From assembly GCA_047620825.1 (NCBI GenBank), contig JBLHOC010000001.1, forward strand, positions 1-62,365: DNA of 62,365 nt. Reading direction: 5' to 3'. The translations under genes and the position numbers were made by a program. The notes under the pieces are model-generated. The model was not told the DNA's origin. It saw only the letters and a list, made by a program, of their open reading frames with translations, and did no database searches. Numbering within the stretch: position 1 is the first letter of the stretch; every line of letters begins with the position of its first letter. Positions 35,582-45,148 of this stretch are shown here, in pieces. This DNA is from Bacteroidia bacterium. Lineage in GTDB: Bacteria > Bacteroidota > Bacteroidia > NS11-12g > UBA9320.

Positions 35582-36319
35582 CTAATTTGACGCTTGAAAC
35601 ATGGCGATTGCACCAGCAACCGACACATTTAACGACTCAATATCGTCTGAAATATCAATGCGATATGTCTCATCACAAAGCGATAAACTGTTTTCATGTA
35701 TACCTGTTTCTTCACTTCCAAGGACGATGGCAATGGGGTCGGTAACCGTCATTTTTTGAATCGAAACTTTCGATTTTTCAGTTATACCGATCACTTTTAA
35801 ACCAAAACCTTTCATGGCTTCTAAGCTTCTGCTTAAGTTAATTACTTTGGCTACGGGTATTTTCATAAGTGCCCCAGCAGATGCCTTTACGGCATCTTCA
35901 TGAATCAGTGCAGACCCCTTGTTTGGAACAACAACAGCATGAAAACCAAAAGCCAAAGCAGAACGACTTAATGCACCAAAATTCCGAACATCAGTAATAC
36001 CATCTAACACTAATATTTTTGGATTTTCTCCTGCTTCAAATGTTCGTGTAATTATTTCGTCAATACCGACATTAGGAATGAGGGACAAGAAGGCAACTAC
36101 ACCTTGATGATTGCCTCTATTCAACCTATTCAGTTTATGAATTGGCACGTGATGGACCGGCATGCGTTTGGATTTAATAAGCGCATTCAATTCCATCAAT
36201 GCCGAGCCTTTATCAGTCTTTAGAATATAAATTCTTTCAAACTCTTTTCCAGACTCTATCGCTTCTTGTACGGCATGAATACCGTAAATCAATTGCTTTT
36301 TAGGTGCTTGTTTTTCCAT
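35582..36319 (-). CDS. rlmB: 23S rRNA (guanosine-2'-O)-methyltransferase, SpoU/TrmH family
   Basis: 245 aa with an N-terminal substrate-binding region IYGIHAVQEAIESGKEFERIYI. SPOUT motifs are LDGITDVRNFGALSRSA, IVLGSEETGI and SLNVSVAGAIAMF. Confidence 0.8.
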   Translation of the reverse strand: MEKQAPKKQLIYGIHAVQEAIESGKEFERIYILKTDKGSALMELNALIKSKRMPVHHVPIHKLNRLNRGNHQGVVAFLSLIPNVGIDEIITRTFEAGENPKILVLDGITDVRNFGALSRSALAFGFHAVVVPNKGSALIHEDAVKASAGALMKIPVAKVINLSRSLEAMKGFGLKVIGITEKSKVSIQKMTVTDPIAIVLGSEETGIHENSLSLCDETYRIDISDDIESLNVSVAGAIAMFQASN

Positions 36320-36355
36320 AACTGTCCGTTTGACTTATGCCTTACGGTGAATAGT

Positions 36356-39300
36356 TTACCTTAAACCACCTTGTAAATTAGTCAGTGTTTGAACTGCAGT
36401 TGAATCGTTAAATCGTTGTGCCATATTCAAATTCTGTTGCAGATCTCTAGTTGTTGCTTCCAGTTTTTGCTTTCCAATTTTCTTAAACTTTCTGTTTTTC
36501 TGAGTGGCCAAGATTCTATAATAAGCCATTTCTTCAGAAATCTGAGTCACACTTTTGTGTAACAGCTCTCTTGCAAGTTCAGGCTCTCCGCTTGAGTTTA
36601 GCATTTCTACATAGTAGGAACGGATATACGTATCCATTGGTAAAACAGACTCTGGTATAACACGTAATGCTTCAACAAGCAACTCTTTGGCCCTTGCCGT
36701 ATCTCCTTGACTGATGTACTGTTGTGCAACTTGCACGAACAAGATTCTCAAGTTACGAGGTACAAGTGTTGCTTTGTGATCAAGGAACATTGTGCCCTTG
36801 TCCATATTACCCCACTCAAAGTCTTTCATCAACCGCTGATAAATTAGATCCTTATCTGTTAAGCCTCTTAATTGATCCCACTTGTGCTTCATTGGCACTA
36901 ATCTGTAAGTTAAGCCTTCATGCCTCAAATATGATTCTAAACCAGCATAGGTGTCGTCACCTGTAGTGGTTGTGAAATAGATAGGTCGTTCCCATCCATT
37001 TGCGGCGTTGGTCGCTATGATATCAAGCATAACAACACTTCCTTTCATCAATCTAGTACCTAAGTTAAATTGGATAAAGTCAACAATGTTGGCAGTATCT
37101 GCTTCCGTTACAACACCAGCTTTTAATACAGCGGCTCTGTCAACAGGTACCAACACATTTCGACTCGGCAGGTAATTTTCTAAGTCACCCGGTTTAGCCG
37201 AATTTTGAGCTGCTTTGTGGCGGTCATTATCACTAACTAAAAACTTAAGTATTGTTGAAAGCTTATAATAGTCTTTATCGTTAAAGAATGGATTTTCACG
37301 TTTCCAAGAAATACCTTCACGTTCACCGTCCCTAAGTTTTTCATTTGGGATAATGGACAAAGGCAATGGTTCAGAACCATAATACTTCCGTGTTAAGGCT
37401 TGCGCATAGTATTCTGTGCTCAATAAACTAAGGTTAATAACTCTTACGTCCGTTCTGTAACCTTCTACGTTTTGAGCGTACCAAAGTGGATATGTATCGT
37501 TGTCACCATTGGTGAATAAAATAGCATTTGGCGCACATGAATTAAGATAGTTTTTAGCAAAGCTAATACCTAGGTATCTATCCGATCTATCGTGATCATC
37601 CCAGTTTTCAGACCCCATAAGATATGGTGCGGTCGAACACAGAATGATGGCTATTACAGCCGCAAGTCGTCCGTTCATATATTTCTTAAGTGCTTGGGCG
37701 ATTGCTAACACGGCCAAGCCTATCCAAATACAGAATGTTTGAAAAGACCCAACGTTGGTATAATCACGCTCTCTAGGTTCTAGTGGCGGCTGGTTTAGGT
37801 ACATTACGATCATCATACCAGTAAACACAAATAGCGTCAAGACAACTATAGCATCAAGCTTTTGACGTGTGAATTGGAACAAAATACCAATTAGGCCAAG
37901 TAGGAACGGGATTAAATAATATTTATTACGTGCCTTATTGCTTGAAAGGGAGGCAGGAATGTTGTCTTGTGGACCAATACGACGGGTATCAAAAGCACCA
38001 ATTCCACTCATCCAGTTTCCATCGAAAATGTTATTGTCTACGTTTTGAATATCACTTTGTCTTCCACCAAAATTCCAGAAAAAATAGCGCCAATACATCC
38101 ATCCCAATTGATAATTCATCATGAAACCCATGTTGTCTTTAAAATCAGGTGTTACAACCTCCTTAGGACCGTCTGGATTGTTAGGGTTTGCTTTTTCACG
38201 CTCCTTGTACCAATACTTATATCCTTTGTTTTTGTCTGTCAAATCACCCATTCTTGGGAAATTCGTTAAATATCTCTCATCCCAAACGTACTCTGTTCGG
38301 TTTCCAGTTTTAACATAAACATCCTTTCCACTTGCGTCCTTACCGTTTCTATAAGTCGCGGAACCTTGTTTATAATATGGAGGCGCTAAACGACCGTTGT
38401 AGTATGGCCCTTTAAATAATGGCCTGTCGCCATATTGCTCACGCTGAATGTAGCTTAAAAGACTGTGGGCGTCCTCAGGGTCGTTCATATCGATAGCTGG
38501 TTCAGCCAATGATCGAATTACAACCATGGAATATGAGCTATATCCGATCAGAATGAATGTTGTACATAACATCACCAAATTCAACAATGGCTTGTTGGTT
38601 TTAATTGTATAACGAATGCCCAGAACTACTAAAGCAATTACAAGGGCTACCGTAAAGAGCACGCCTGAATTAAAAGGCAATCCCATAGTGTTAACGAATA
38701 TCTTATCGAAGAAAGCTGCTAGCTTAGGTATCCCAGGAATCAAACCCCAATTGATAACTACCAATGCCCCAGCGCCAATACCCAATGCACGCAAAACATT
38801 AAGTTTTGATACTTGATATTGGTTAAAGAAATAGTATAAGACTACTGCGGGTATTACTAGTAAGTTTAGCAAGTGAAGGCCAATAGACAAACCGATGGTG
38901 TATGCTATAAAGACCAACCAACGATTGGCTGTCGACTTATTTTTATTGGTTTCCCATTTAAGAATGCCCCAGAATGATAGCGCGGTAAATAACGAAGATG
39001 ACGCGTAAACCTCTGCTTCAACGGCACTGAACCAGAAAGTATCCATAAAAGTCAGTGCTAAGCCTCCAATAAGACCAGAGCCAAAAATGGAGAGTGCATT
39101 TTCAAAAGACACTTTAGGATCTTGAACATTTAATCCCAATGCTTTCACAGCGAAATGCGTAATAATCCAAAATGTAAACCCAACAGTTAATGCACTTGCA
39201 ACAACAGATAGCATATTTACGGCAAGCGCTATATATTCAGCACTAGGGGCAAACATGGAAAACAACCTGCCTATCAACAAGAAAAGAGGTGCTCCAGGAG

Positions 39301-39475
39301 GGTGTACAACTTGCAAACTTTTGGAAGCAGAAATGAATTCACCACAGTCCCAAAGAGGAACAGAAGGCTCAACAGTTAGAGTGTAAACCACCATTGCGAT
39401 AGCAAAACTTAACCAACCAAGAATGTTGTTCCAGAATTTATATTGTATCATATTCGTGCGTGTCTTTATTGTCAC
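36356..39475 (-). CDS. DUF2723-domain polytopic membrane protein (GT-C-like) with a TPR-like C-terminus
   Basis: 1039 aa. The N-terminal PSVPLWDCGEFISASKSLQVVHPPGAPLF motif is characteristic of DUF2723. It has more than ten TM helices and a helical-repeat C-terminal region. Confidence 0.8.
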   Translation of the reverse strand: MTIKTRTNMIQYKFWNNILGWLSFAIAMVVYTLTVEPSVPLWDCGEFISASKSLQVVHPPGAPLFLLIGRLFSMFAPSAEYIALAVNMLSVVASALTVGFTFWIITHFAVKALGLNVQDPKVSFENALSIFGSGLIGGLALTFMDTFWFSAVEAEVYASSSLFTALSFWGILKWETNKNKSTANRWLVFIAYTIGLSIGLHLLNLLVIPAVVLYYFFNQYQVSKLNVLRALGIGAGALVVINWGLIPGIPKLAAFFDKIFVNTMGLPFNSGVLFTVALVIALVVLGIRYTIKTNKPLLNLVMLCTTFILIGYSSYSMVVIRSLAEPAIDMNDPEDAHSLLSYIQREQYGDRPLFKGPYYNGRLAPPYYKQGSATYRNGKDASGKDVYVKTGNRTEYVWDERYLTNFPRMGDLTDKNKGYKYWYKEREKANPNNPDGPKEVVTPDFKDNMGFMMNYQLGWMYWRYFFWNFGGRQSDIQNVDNNIFDGNWMSGIGAFDTRRIGPQDNIPASLSSNKARNKYYLIPFLLGLIGILFQFTRQKLDAIVVLTLFVFTGMMIVMYLNQPPLEPRERDYTNVGSFQTFCIWIGLAVLAIAQALKKYMNGRLAAVIAIILCSTAPYLMGSENWDDHDRSDRYLGISFAKNYLNSCAPNAILFTNGDNDTYPLWYAQNVEGYRTDVRVINLSLLSTEYYAQALTRKYYGSEPLPLSIIPNEKLRDGEREGISWKRENPFFNDKDYYKLSTILKFLVSDNDRHKAAQNSAKPGDLENYLPSRNVLVPVDRAAVLKAGVVTEADTANIVDFIQFNLGTRLMKGSVVMLDIIATNAANGWERPIYFTTTTGDDTYAGLESYLRHEGLTYRLVPMKHKWDQLRGLTDKDLIYQRLMKDFEWGNMDKGTMFLDHKATLVPRNLRILFVQVAQQYISQGDTARAKELLVEALRVIPESVLPMDTYIRSYYVEMLNSSGEPELARELLHKSVTQISEEMAYYRILATQKNRKFKKIGKQKLEATTRDLQQNLNMAQRFNDSTAVQTLTNLQGGLR

Positions 39476-39512
39476 AAAAATATTTCTTTTTTTTACACCT
39501 AAAAGTTAATGT

Positions 39513-40355
39513 ATGTATATCGGAGAATATAAAGTCCTAGACGTCGAATATGACGAGCTAATAGGACTAGCAAGTCACTATAAAAACGCGTATCAAGGCA
39601 ATTCTCCATTTCCTAACATTTATTTCGACGATTTCTTCAATGATGCGTTTTTATCAGAGGTGTTATCCGAGTTTCCTGAGATGGGTGATAAAGGGGATAT
39701 TCAGTATAAAACCCCAAACGAGGTAAAATTAGCGTCTAGAGGTGAAGATCGATTTGGTAAGGCGACTAAAGTGTTCATGCATTTTTTAAATTCAGAACCG
39801 TTTTTAAACTTTTTATCTGAACTTACAGGAATTGAAGATTTAATGGGAGACCCATATTATGAAGGTGGTGGGTGTCATCAAATCAAACGAGGCGGATTTC
39901 TAAAAGTACATGCAGACTTTAACAAACACAAACGAACCGACCTTGATCGACGGTTAAACGTATTGGTGTATTTAAACAAAGACTGGAAAGAGGAGTATGG
40001 AGGGCACTTTGAGCTTTGGAATGGAGACATGACAAAAGGAGAAAAGAAGATATTGCCCTTGTTCAATAGAATGGCTATGTTTTCGACCACAGACTTCTCT
40101 TATCACGGACATCCAGACAAACTAAATTGTCCTAAAGACCGAAGTCGACGTTCTTTGGCCTTGTACTATTATACCAATGGACGCCCTGCTAGCGAGGTGA
40201 ATGAAGGATTGGAAGACCACACCACATTATTTGTGGATCGCAAAGGTGTTGAAACCGAAAAAGGGATGCGTGTTTACAATGGCATTGTAAATTTTGCGAA
40301 TGCCTGGATGCCCCCAATCGTATGGAAAGGAATAAAGCACATCAGAAATAAGTAA
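39513..40355 (+). CDS. 2OG-Fe(II) oxygenase superfamily protein
   Basis: H-x-D...H facial triad candidates occur in LKVHADFNKH and FSYHGHP. The LNVLVYLNKDW...GGHFELW pattern fits the prolyl-hydroxylase-like fold. Confidence 0.7.
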   Translation: MYIGEYKVLDVEYDELIGLASHYKNAYQGNSPFPNIYFDDFFNDAFLSEVLSEFPEMGDKGDIQYKTPNEVKLASRGEDRFGKATKVFMHFLNSEPFLNFLSELTGIEDLMGDPYYEGGGCHQIKRGGFLKVHADFNKHKRTDLDRRLNVLVYLNKDWKEEYGGHFELWNGDMTKGEKKILPLFNRMAMFSTTDFSYHGHPDKLNCPKDRSRRSLALYYYTNGRPASEVNEGLEDHTTLFVDRKGVETEKGMRVYNGIVNFANAWMPPIVWKGIKHIRNK

Positions 40356-40359
40356 CGTG

Positions 40360-40830
40360 TTAAGATAAAAAAGATTTTAACATCCAGATTGTCTTTTCTT
40401 GTTCTGAAATATATTGCGTCATCAAGTCTGATGTAGCAATGTCACCATTGTCTTCCGCTAGCTGCAACGTTTCTCTTTGCTGTACCACAAGTTGTTCAAG
40501 CTGTATTCTTATCTGACTCACAGCCTCAGCGCCGTCTGTTATGTTCACATGAACATTTACCTTAGTATGTGTCATATAGTCCTTAAAACTATGAAATGGG
40601 GTTGACTCTAGGGTCAAAATACGCTCTGCTATTTCGTCTATCTTGATTTGAGCATTGTTGTAAAACTCCTCAAACTTGAGGTGCAGCTCAAAAAAATTTT
40701 TACCGATAATATTCCAATGATAGCCGCGTAAATTTTGGTAAAACACTTGATACGAAGAAAGTAAGTCGTTTAACCGTTTTACAGTGCTAGAAACACCGTT
40801 GGCATTTAAACCTAGTATCGAATTTGTCAT
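40360..40830 (-). CDS. dps: Dps-family DNA-protection / ferritin-like protein
   Basis: The ATG at 40830 gives a 156-aa protein with LNDLLSSYQVFYQNLRGYHWNIIGKNFFELHLKFEEFY, the Dps ferroxidase region. The longer ORF uses a TTG at 40854. Confidence 0.85.
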   Translation of the reverse strand: MTNSILGLNANGVSSTVKRLNDLLSSYQVFYQNLRGYHWNIIGKNFFELHLKFEEFYNNAQIKIDEIAERILTLESTPFHSFKDYMTHTKVNVHVNITDGAEAVSQIRIQLEQLVVQQRETLQLAEDNGDIATSDLMTQYISEQEKTIWMLKSFLS

Positions 40831-40865
40831 GTCGTAACTCTTTTGGTACAACAAAGTTCAAGCAT

Positions 40866-40903
40866 AAAAAACCCCTATACCAATTGATTCTTGACATAGG
40901 GGT
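40866..40903 (-). terminator. intrinsic terminator of the 40931-41785 gene
   Basis: Read on the minus strand: ACCCCTAT, 17-nt loop, ATAGGGGT (8 bp, 40871-40903), followed by TTTTT. It lies 28 nt after the stop codon. Confidence 0.65.
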
Positions 40904-40930
40904 ATCAATATTTTTCATACCGAAAATGAC

Positions 40931-41785
40931 CTACCAGTCATCCTCTTCTTCAAGTGGCGCAGTTTGACAAGATTTTTGTAACGCGGCCATCATCGTATTA
41001 ATTTTTTTATCTGCTGCAATGAGTACTCTGTCTCCTGCGCGTACATCGTCCTCACTCTTCATTAAATATTCGAAGTAAGTCCGTTCACCTTCTTTTTCTC
41101 CAGGTCTAGGGTCCGCAATGTGCACCAAGTTTTTAACTGTATATCTATACCGACCATCTCTCACTCTAATCTCCATGTCGTATTCTACCTGTCCGTTTGT
41201 TACTGTGGTAAACTCGTTTGGTTGAATTTCACAAGGGAATGTGCCATGAATGGTGATTTTATACTCCATTTCACCCGCATTTTCATTAATCGCGTCAAGG
41301 GTTAAGAACTTCTTAAGGTTTTTACCATACTCCAATTCTAACCATTGGTGAGTCCGAAAGTTTATGGTGTCAATTTCAACTTCATACCCGTCACGATCTT
41401 TTACTTCTATTACTGCTTTATACAACACCAACTCGCGCGTTGAGTCGTAAGGAGGTATATATCTTATATAAGGTTTGTGAACTATTTTCTTTGGAACATA
41501 TTCTTCTCGGTCGCTAGAACCAAATGCATCCCCTATGCCTCCTCCGTAATCATCACCATAATCACCGTCTTCTGAGTAATCACTACTAGAGTAATCATCA
41601 CTGCTATCACCATTGGAATGGTCGTCGCCACTCTCTTCATAATAATCGTCATCGCTTTCGTCGTAGTAATCGTCGTCTTGAGCTTGAGATATGAAAGCAA
41701 TGCTAAAAAGCATTAAAAGCAGTAGACTAAGCTTGTTTAGACACGCTTTGGTTTGTACCGGATGGAGTTTAAAAATCTTTATCAT
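40931..41785 (-). CDS. secreted protein with an Asp/Tyr/Ser-rich acidic tract and a C-terminal globular domain, possibly DUF4468-like
   Basis: Signal peptide ...LSLLLLMLFSIAFISQAQ. Residues 37-93 read DDDYYDESDDDYYEESGDDHSNGDSSDDYSSSDYSEDGDYGDDYGGG.... A ~190-aa mixed alpha/beta domain follows. The DUF4468 assignment is tentative. Confidence 0.5.
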   Translation of the reverse strand: MIKIFKLHPVQTKACLNKLSLLLLMLFSIAFISQAQDDDYYDESDDDYYEESGDDHSNGDSSDDYSSSDYSEDGDYGDDYGGGIGDAFGSSDREEYVPKKIVHKPYIRYIPPYDSTRELVLYKAVIEVKDRDGYEVEIDTINFRTHQWLELEYGKNLKKFLTLDAINENAGEMEYKITIHGTFPCEIQPNEFTTVTNGQVEYDMEIRVRDGRYRYTVKNLVHIADPRPGEKEGERTYFEYLMKSEDDVRAGDRVLIAADKKINTMMAALQKSCQTAPLEEEDDW

Positions 41786-41914
41786 TTCTTAACAAGTTGT
41801 GCAAAATTAAAAATTAAGTTCACTTTGCCTAATTATTTTTCGGTTACGCTGTGAACGTTATAAACACAGTTTTATTGTTGGGATGCTATATTTGACGCCA
41901 CGTAATCGACAAGA

Positions 41915-43825
41915 ATGAAGATAATCACAAGAAGCATATTTAACACCTGTTTAGTTTTAGTATCACTGTGTACTTTAAACAGTTGCAAAAACAATACCGC
42001 AAATGATGTAGATGTAAATGTAACGGACTCTTTAGGTGTTACGGATGTAGCTGCAGACGCCCATTCCTTCAGCAATCCAAACGATGTTTCAATTTCACAT
42101 ATGCACCTCGATTTGTCAGTCGATTTCGATAAAAGCGTATTATCTGGCAGTGTTAGACTAGACTTAAATCGGAAGACAAAGGCATACGTTTTACACTTGG
42201 ACAGTAGACAATTGGCCATTGATAAGATTCTATTGGATGATGGCTCAGAGGCTCAATACTCACTTGCTAATGATGTAGAGTATTTTGGGCAAGATTTGGC
42301 AATCAGCTTAAAAAAGAAAACGAAGCAGGTGACCATATATTATTCAACCGACCCAAAAGCGGAGGCATTACAGTGGTTAAAACCCGAACAAACATCAGGC
42401 GGTAAACACCCATACCTCTTTAGCCAATCACAAGCCATTTTGGCACGAACATGGATTCCTTGTCAGGACAGCCCTGGGGTTAAGTTCACTTACAGTGCGA
42501 GTATTAAAACAAGTCCTAGCCTCATAGCACTCATGAGTGCTGAAAATGGACAGACGAAAAATGAAGATGGTTTATATCAATTTAAAATGGACCAACCGGT
42601 ATCCTCATATCTTTTAGCACTAACAGTTGGTGATTTGGAGTATCAATCATTGGGTAGAAATTGTGGCGTATACGCTGAACCTAATATGGTTGAGAAATGT
42701 GTGTGGGAGTTCGCGGATATGCAAGGCATGATCGACAGTGCAGAGGCATTATATGGTAAATATGCATGGGGACAATACGATGTAGTTGTTTTACCTCCAA
42801 GTTTTCCTTTTGGTGGTATGGAAAACCCCAGGTTGACTTTTGCAACACCTACGATTATTGCCGGCGATAGAAGTTTAGTAGCCCTCGTAGCGCATGAACT
42901 AGCACATTCATGGTCTGGTAACTTGGTGACGAACGAAACGTGGAATGACTTCTGGTTAAACGAAGGATTTACCGTGTATTTCGAGCAACGCATCATGGAA
43001 AAAATATTTGGAAAACCATATGCTGAAATGCAAACTAAGTTGGGAATGGGAGACCTTGAGCATACCATTGAACGCTTAACGAAATCAAACAAAGTAGAGG
43101 ACACACATTTGTATTTAGAATTATCGGGAAGAAACCCTGACGATGGCTTAACGGATATTGCTTATGAAAAAGGCCGGTTTTTCTTACAAACCATTGAGTA
43201 TGCAGTTGGAAGGCCTGCGTTTGATGTCTTCTTGAAAAAATATTTTACAGAAAACGCGTTTAAACCTATGAACACGGCTCGTTTTGAAGCCTATCTAGAT
43301 GCACACTTGCTACATGGAGATTCTGCGTTATATAAAAAGATCCAACCAAAAAAATGGATTTATGGACCAGGATTACCAGATAATGCACCTGATCCGCAAT
43401 CAGCAGAATTAGCAAAAGTAGAGGCGGAAATATTAAAATGTATGAATGGCTCCTATGCAGAAGATCTTAATGTAGAACAGTGGACAACCCACCATTGGCT
43501 TTATTTCCTTCGTGGATTATCAGACAAACTCAGCATCGAACAGGTGACTGATCTGGATAACACTTTTGACCTCACAAACAGTGGAAACAACGAAATATTG
43601 TGCGACTGGTTTCAACATTGTATTGATGTTAAGTATGAAACAGCCTACCCTAACCTAGAACTATTTTTAACGTCAGTAGGAAGAAGAAAATTCTTGAGTC
43701 CGTTGTATGAAGATTTAGTCAAAACAGAAGATGGTAAGGTTTGGGCGAAACGTGTATATGAGATAGCCAAACCTGGTTACCATTCCGTGTCTTCAAATAG
43801 TATAGAAGCAATCCTTGCAAACTAA
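41915..43825 (+). CDS. M1-family zinc aminopeptidase, leukotriene A4 hydrolase-like, secreted or lipoprotein
   Basis: GGMENP exopeptidase motif (FPFGGMENPRLTF) and the zinc site HELAHSWSGN-x-WLNEGFTVYFE. The N-terminal signal with Cys is VLVSLCTLNSC. A C-terminal armadillo-like domain is present. Confidence 0.9.
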   Translation: MKIITRSIFNTCLVLVSLCTLNSCKNNTANDVDVNVTDSLGVTDVAADAHSFSNPNDVSISHMHLDLSVDFDKSVLSGSVRLDLNRKTKAYVLHLDSRQLAIDKILLDDGSEAQYSLANDVEYFGQDLAISLKKKTKQVTIYYSTDPKAEALQWLKPEQTSGGKHPYLFSQSQAILARTWIPCQDSPGVKFTYSASIKTSPSLIALMSAENGQTKNEDGLYQFKMDQPVSSYLLALTVGDLEYQSLGRNCGVYAEPNMVEKCVWEFADMQGMIDSAEALYGKYAWGQYDVVVLPPSFPFGGMENPRLTFATPTIIAGDRSLVALVAHELAHSWSGNLVTNETWNDFWLNEGFTVYFEQRIMEKIFGKPYAEMQTKLGMGDLEHTIERLTKSNKVEDTHLYLELSGRNPDDGLTDIAYEKGRFFLQTIEYAVGRPAFDVFLKKYFTENAFKPMNTARFEAYLDAHLLHGDSALYKKIQPKKWIYGPGLPDNAPDPQSAELAKVEAEILKCMNGSYAEDLNVEQWTTHHWLYFLRGLSDKLSIEQVTDLDNTFDLTNSGNNEILCDWFQHCIDVKYETAYPNLELFLTSVGRRKFLSPLYEDLVKTEDGKVWAKRVYEIAKPGYHSVSSNSIEAILAN

Positions 43826-43890
43826 TTGGGCTACTAATAGTTTATTGGAATGAAGAAGATATTGAGCTTGGTCAACCTAAAAATTTGACC

Positions 43891-43920
43891 AAAAAAAAAG
43901 GCCCCGTTTGAGACCTTTTT
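43891..43920. terminator. candidate bidirectional terminator between convergent genes
   Basis: An A9 tract, an imperfect GC-containing hairpin (GGCCCC-GTTT-GAGACC, two mismatches), then a T5 tract. A second perfect 6-bp hairpin GGTCAA/TTGACC sits at 43870-43890. Confidence 0.4.
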
Positions 43921-43940
43921 GTATTTCTTTGAACCTCATC

Positions 43941-44540
43941 TTAATTCTTCTTGGCAATAATCTTAATGGCTAAGTCGAAATTATCTTTAATCATGGCGTC
44001 ACCTAATAAGCTTGATTTATAAACGATGCCATATTTTGTCCGGTCAAGGGTAATATTTGCTGTATAGAACATATAGTTGTCTGTTTTAGCGGTGTTTTTA
44101 GCAGTAAAAGTGATGGGTAAAGTTTTACCACGAATTGTTAAATCTCCAAAGATCTCTAAGGTGTGTTTGCCAGATGTATCACTACTCACTGATCTACTAC
44201 TGTCAATAACCAAGGTACTTGTTGTGTATTTTTTTACATCGAAAAAATCTTCACCCTTCAAATGTTTGAGCAGTTTTGGACTTTCAGAATCCGTAACCTT
44301 TATGCTCGGCATATCAAGAACGAAATTTCCTGTTTGAATCAAGTCATCTTGAATGTTGAGGGTTCCACTTTTAATGTTAACCAATCCTTTATGTTCACCG
44401 GCTGGCTTATAGCCTGTCCATTTCACATTGCTTTTATCTGTAAGAATGGTATAATCCGTTCCAGATACAGCCATTGTAAAGCTTAATAGAGTAAAAGCAC
44501 CAATCAGTGCGAGTCCGAAATTTTTAATCTTTTTTGTCAT
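43941..44540 (-). CDS. YceI-family periplasmic (polyisoprenoid-binding-like) protein
   Basis: Signal peptide followed by the YceI pattern SNVKWTGYKPAGEHKGLVNIKSGTL...TLPITF.... The start codon directly abuts the marR stop with a 0-nt gap. Confidence 0.8.
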   Translation of the reverse strand: MTKKIKNFGLALIGAFTLLSFTMAVSGTDYTILTDKSNVKWTGYKPAGEHKGLVNIKSGTLNIQDDLIQTGNFVLDMPSIKVTDSESPKLLKHLKGEDFFDVKKYTTSTLVIDSSRSVSSDTSGKHTLEIFGDLTIRGKTLPITFTAKNTAKTDNYMFYTANITLDRTKYGIVYKSSLLGDAMIKDNFDLAIKIIAKKN

Positions 44541-45002
44541 TTAATTTTTAATTGTTTTTCTTATTTGATCTAGCACTTTATTGGCTAGTTTTACTTCTGA
44601 GACATCTAAGTGGTCGAATAGTTTTTCGTAGTCTACCATCAGAATATCAATTCGTTTTAAAGTTTCTAAACCCGGAGTTGCTAAACAGACATCAACTTGA
44701 CGTTTGTCTGCGCTGCAAGTCTCACGATTTATCATAGACTTCTTACGCAATTTCTCCACCAATCGTGAAGCGTTGCTCATTTTGTCTATCATTCTATCGG
44801 TTATCGTATTGATAGACACAGGGTTAGGGTGTTGGCCTCTGAGAATTCTTAGAACGTTGTACTGCTGCATAGACAAGTCATAAGGTTTCAATATTTTGTT
44901 CAATAAATTAGTCAAGTAACTATGTGTGAACGCAATGTTGATATTCAACTTTTGATACTCGGAGCTAAATTTCTCTTGTTTAATATCTTCTTCCAGTGAC
45001 AT
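44541..45002 (-). CDS. MarR-family transcriptional regulator
   Basis: 153 aa with the winged HTH LSMQQYNVLRILRG...VSINTITDRMIDKMSNASRLVEKLRKKSMI. Confidence 0.85.
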   Translation of the reverse strand: MSLEEDIKQEKFSSEYQKLNINIAFTHSYLTNLLNKILKPYDLSMQQYNVLRILRGQHPNPVSINTITDRMIDKMSNASRLVEKLRKKSMINRETCSADKRQVDVCLATPGLETLKRIDILMVDYEKLFDHLDVSEVKLANKVLDQIRKTIKN

Positions 45003-45016
45003 AGTGCAAAATTACA

Positions 45017-45026
45017 TGTATATACA
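45017..45026. promoter_or_regulatory. perfect 10-bp palindrome TGTATATACA upstream of marR, a candidate operator
   Basis: Read directly, 15 nt upstream of the marR start codon in the marR / metallophosphoesterase divergent region. Confidence 0.3.
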
Positions 45027-45148
45027 ATTAAAAGGGTAAAGTTGTTTGGTGAAAATTAATATTGTCTTCTAAAATCGACTGATTGACGAAAATCAAAACA
45101 AAAAGGGTAACGATTTGTCTTATTTGCATTGCCCTTTAATAGCTAGGG

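Noticed and set aside
42643-43104. 153-aa ORF antisense to the M1 aminopeptidase catalytic region
   Set aside because: It sits opposite the GGMENP/HELAH core of a confident gene and has no independent support.
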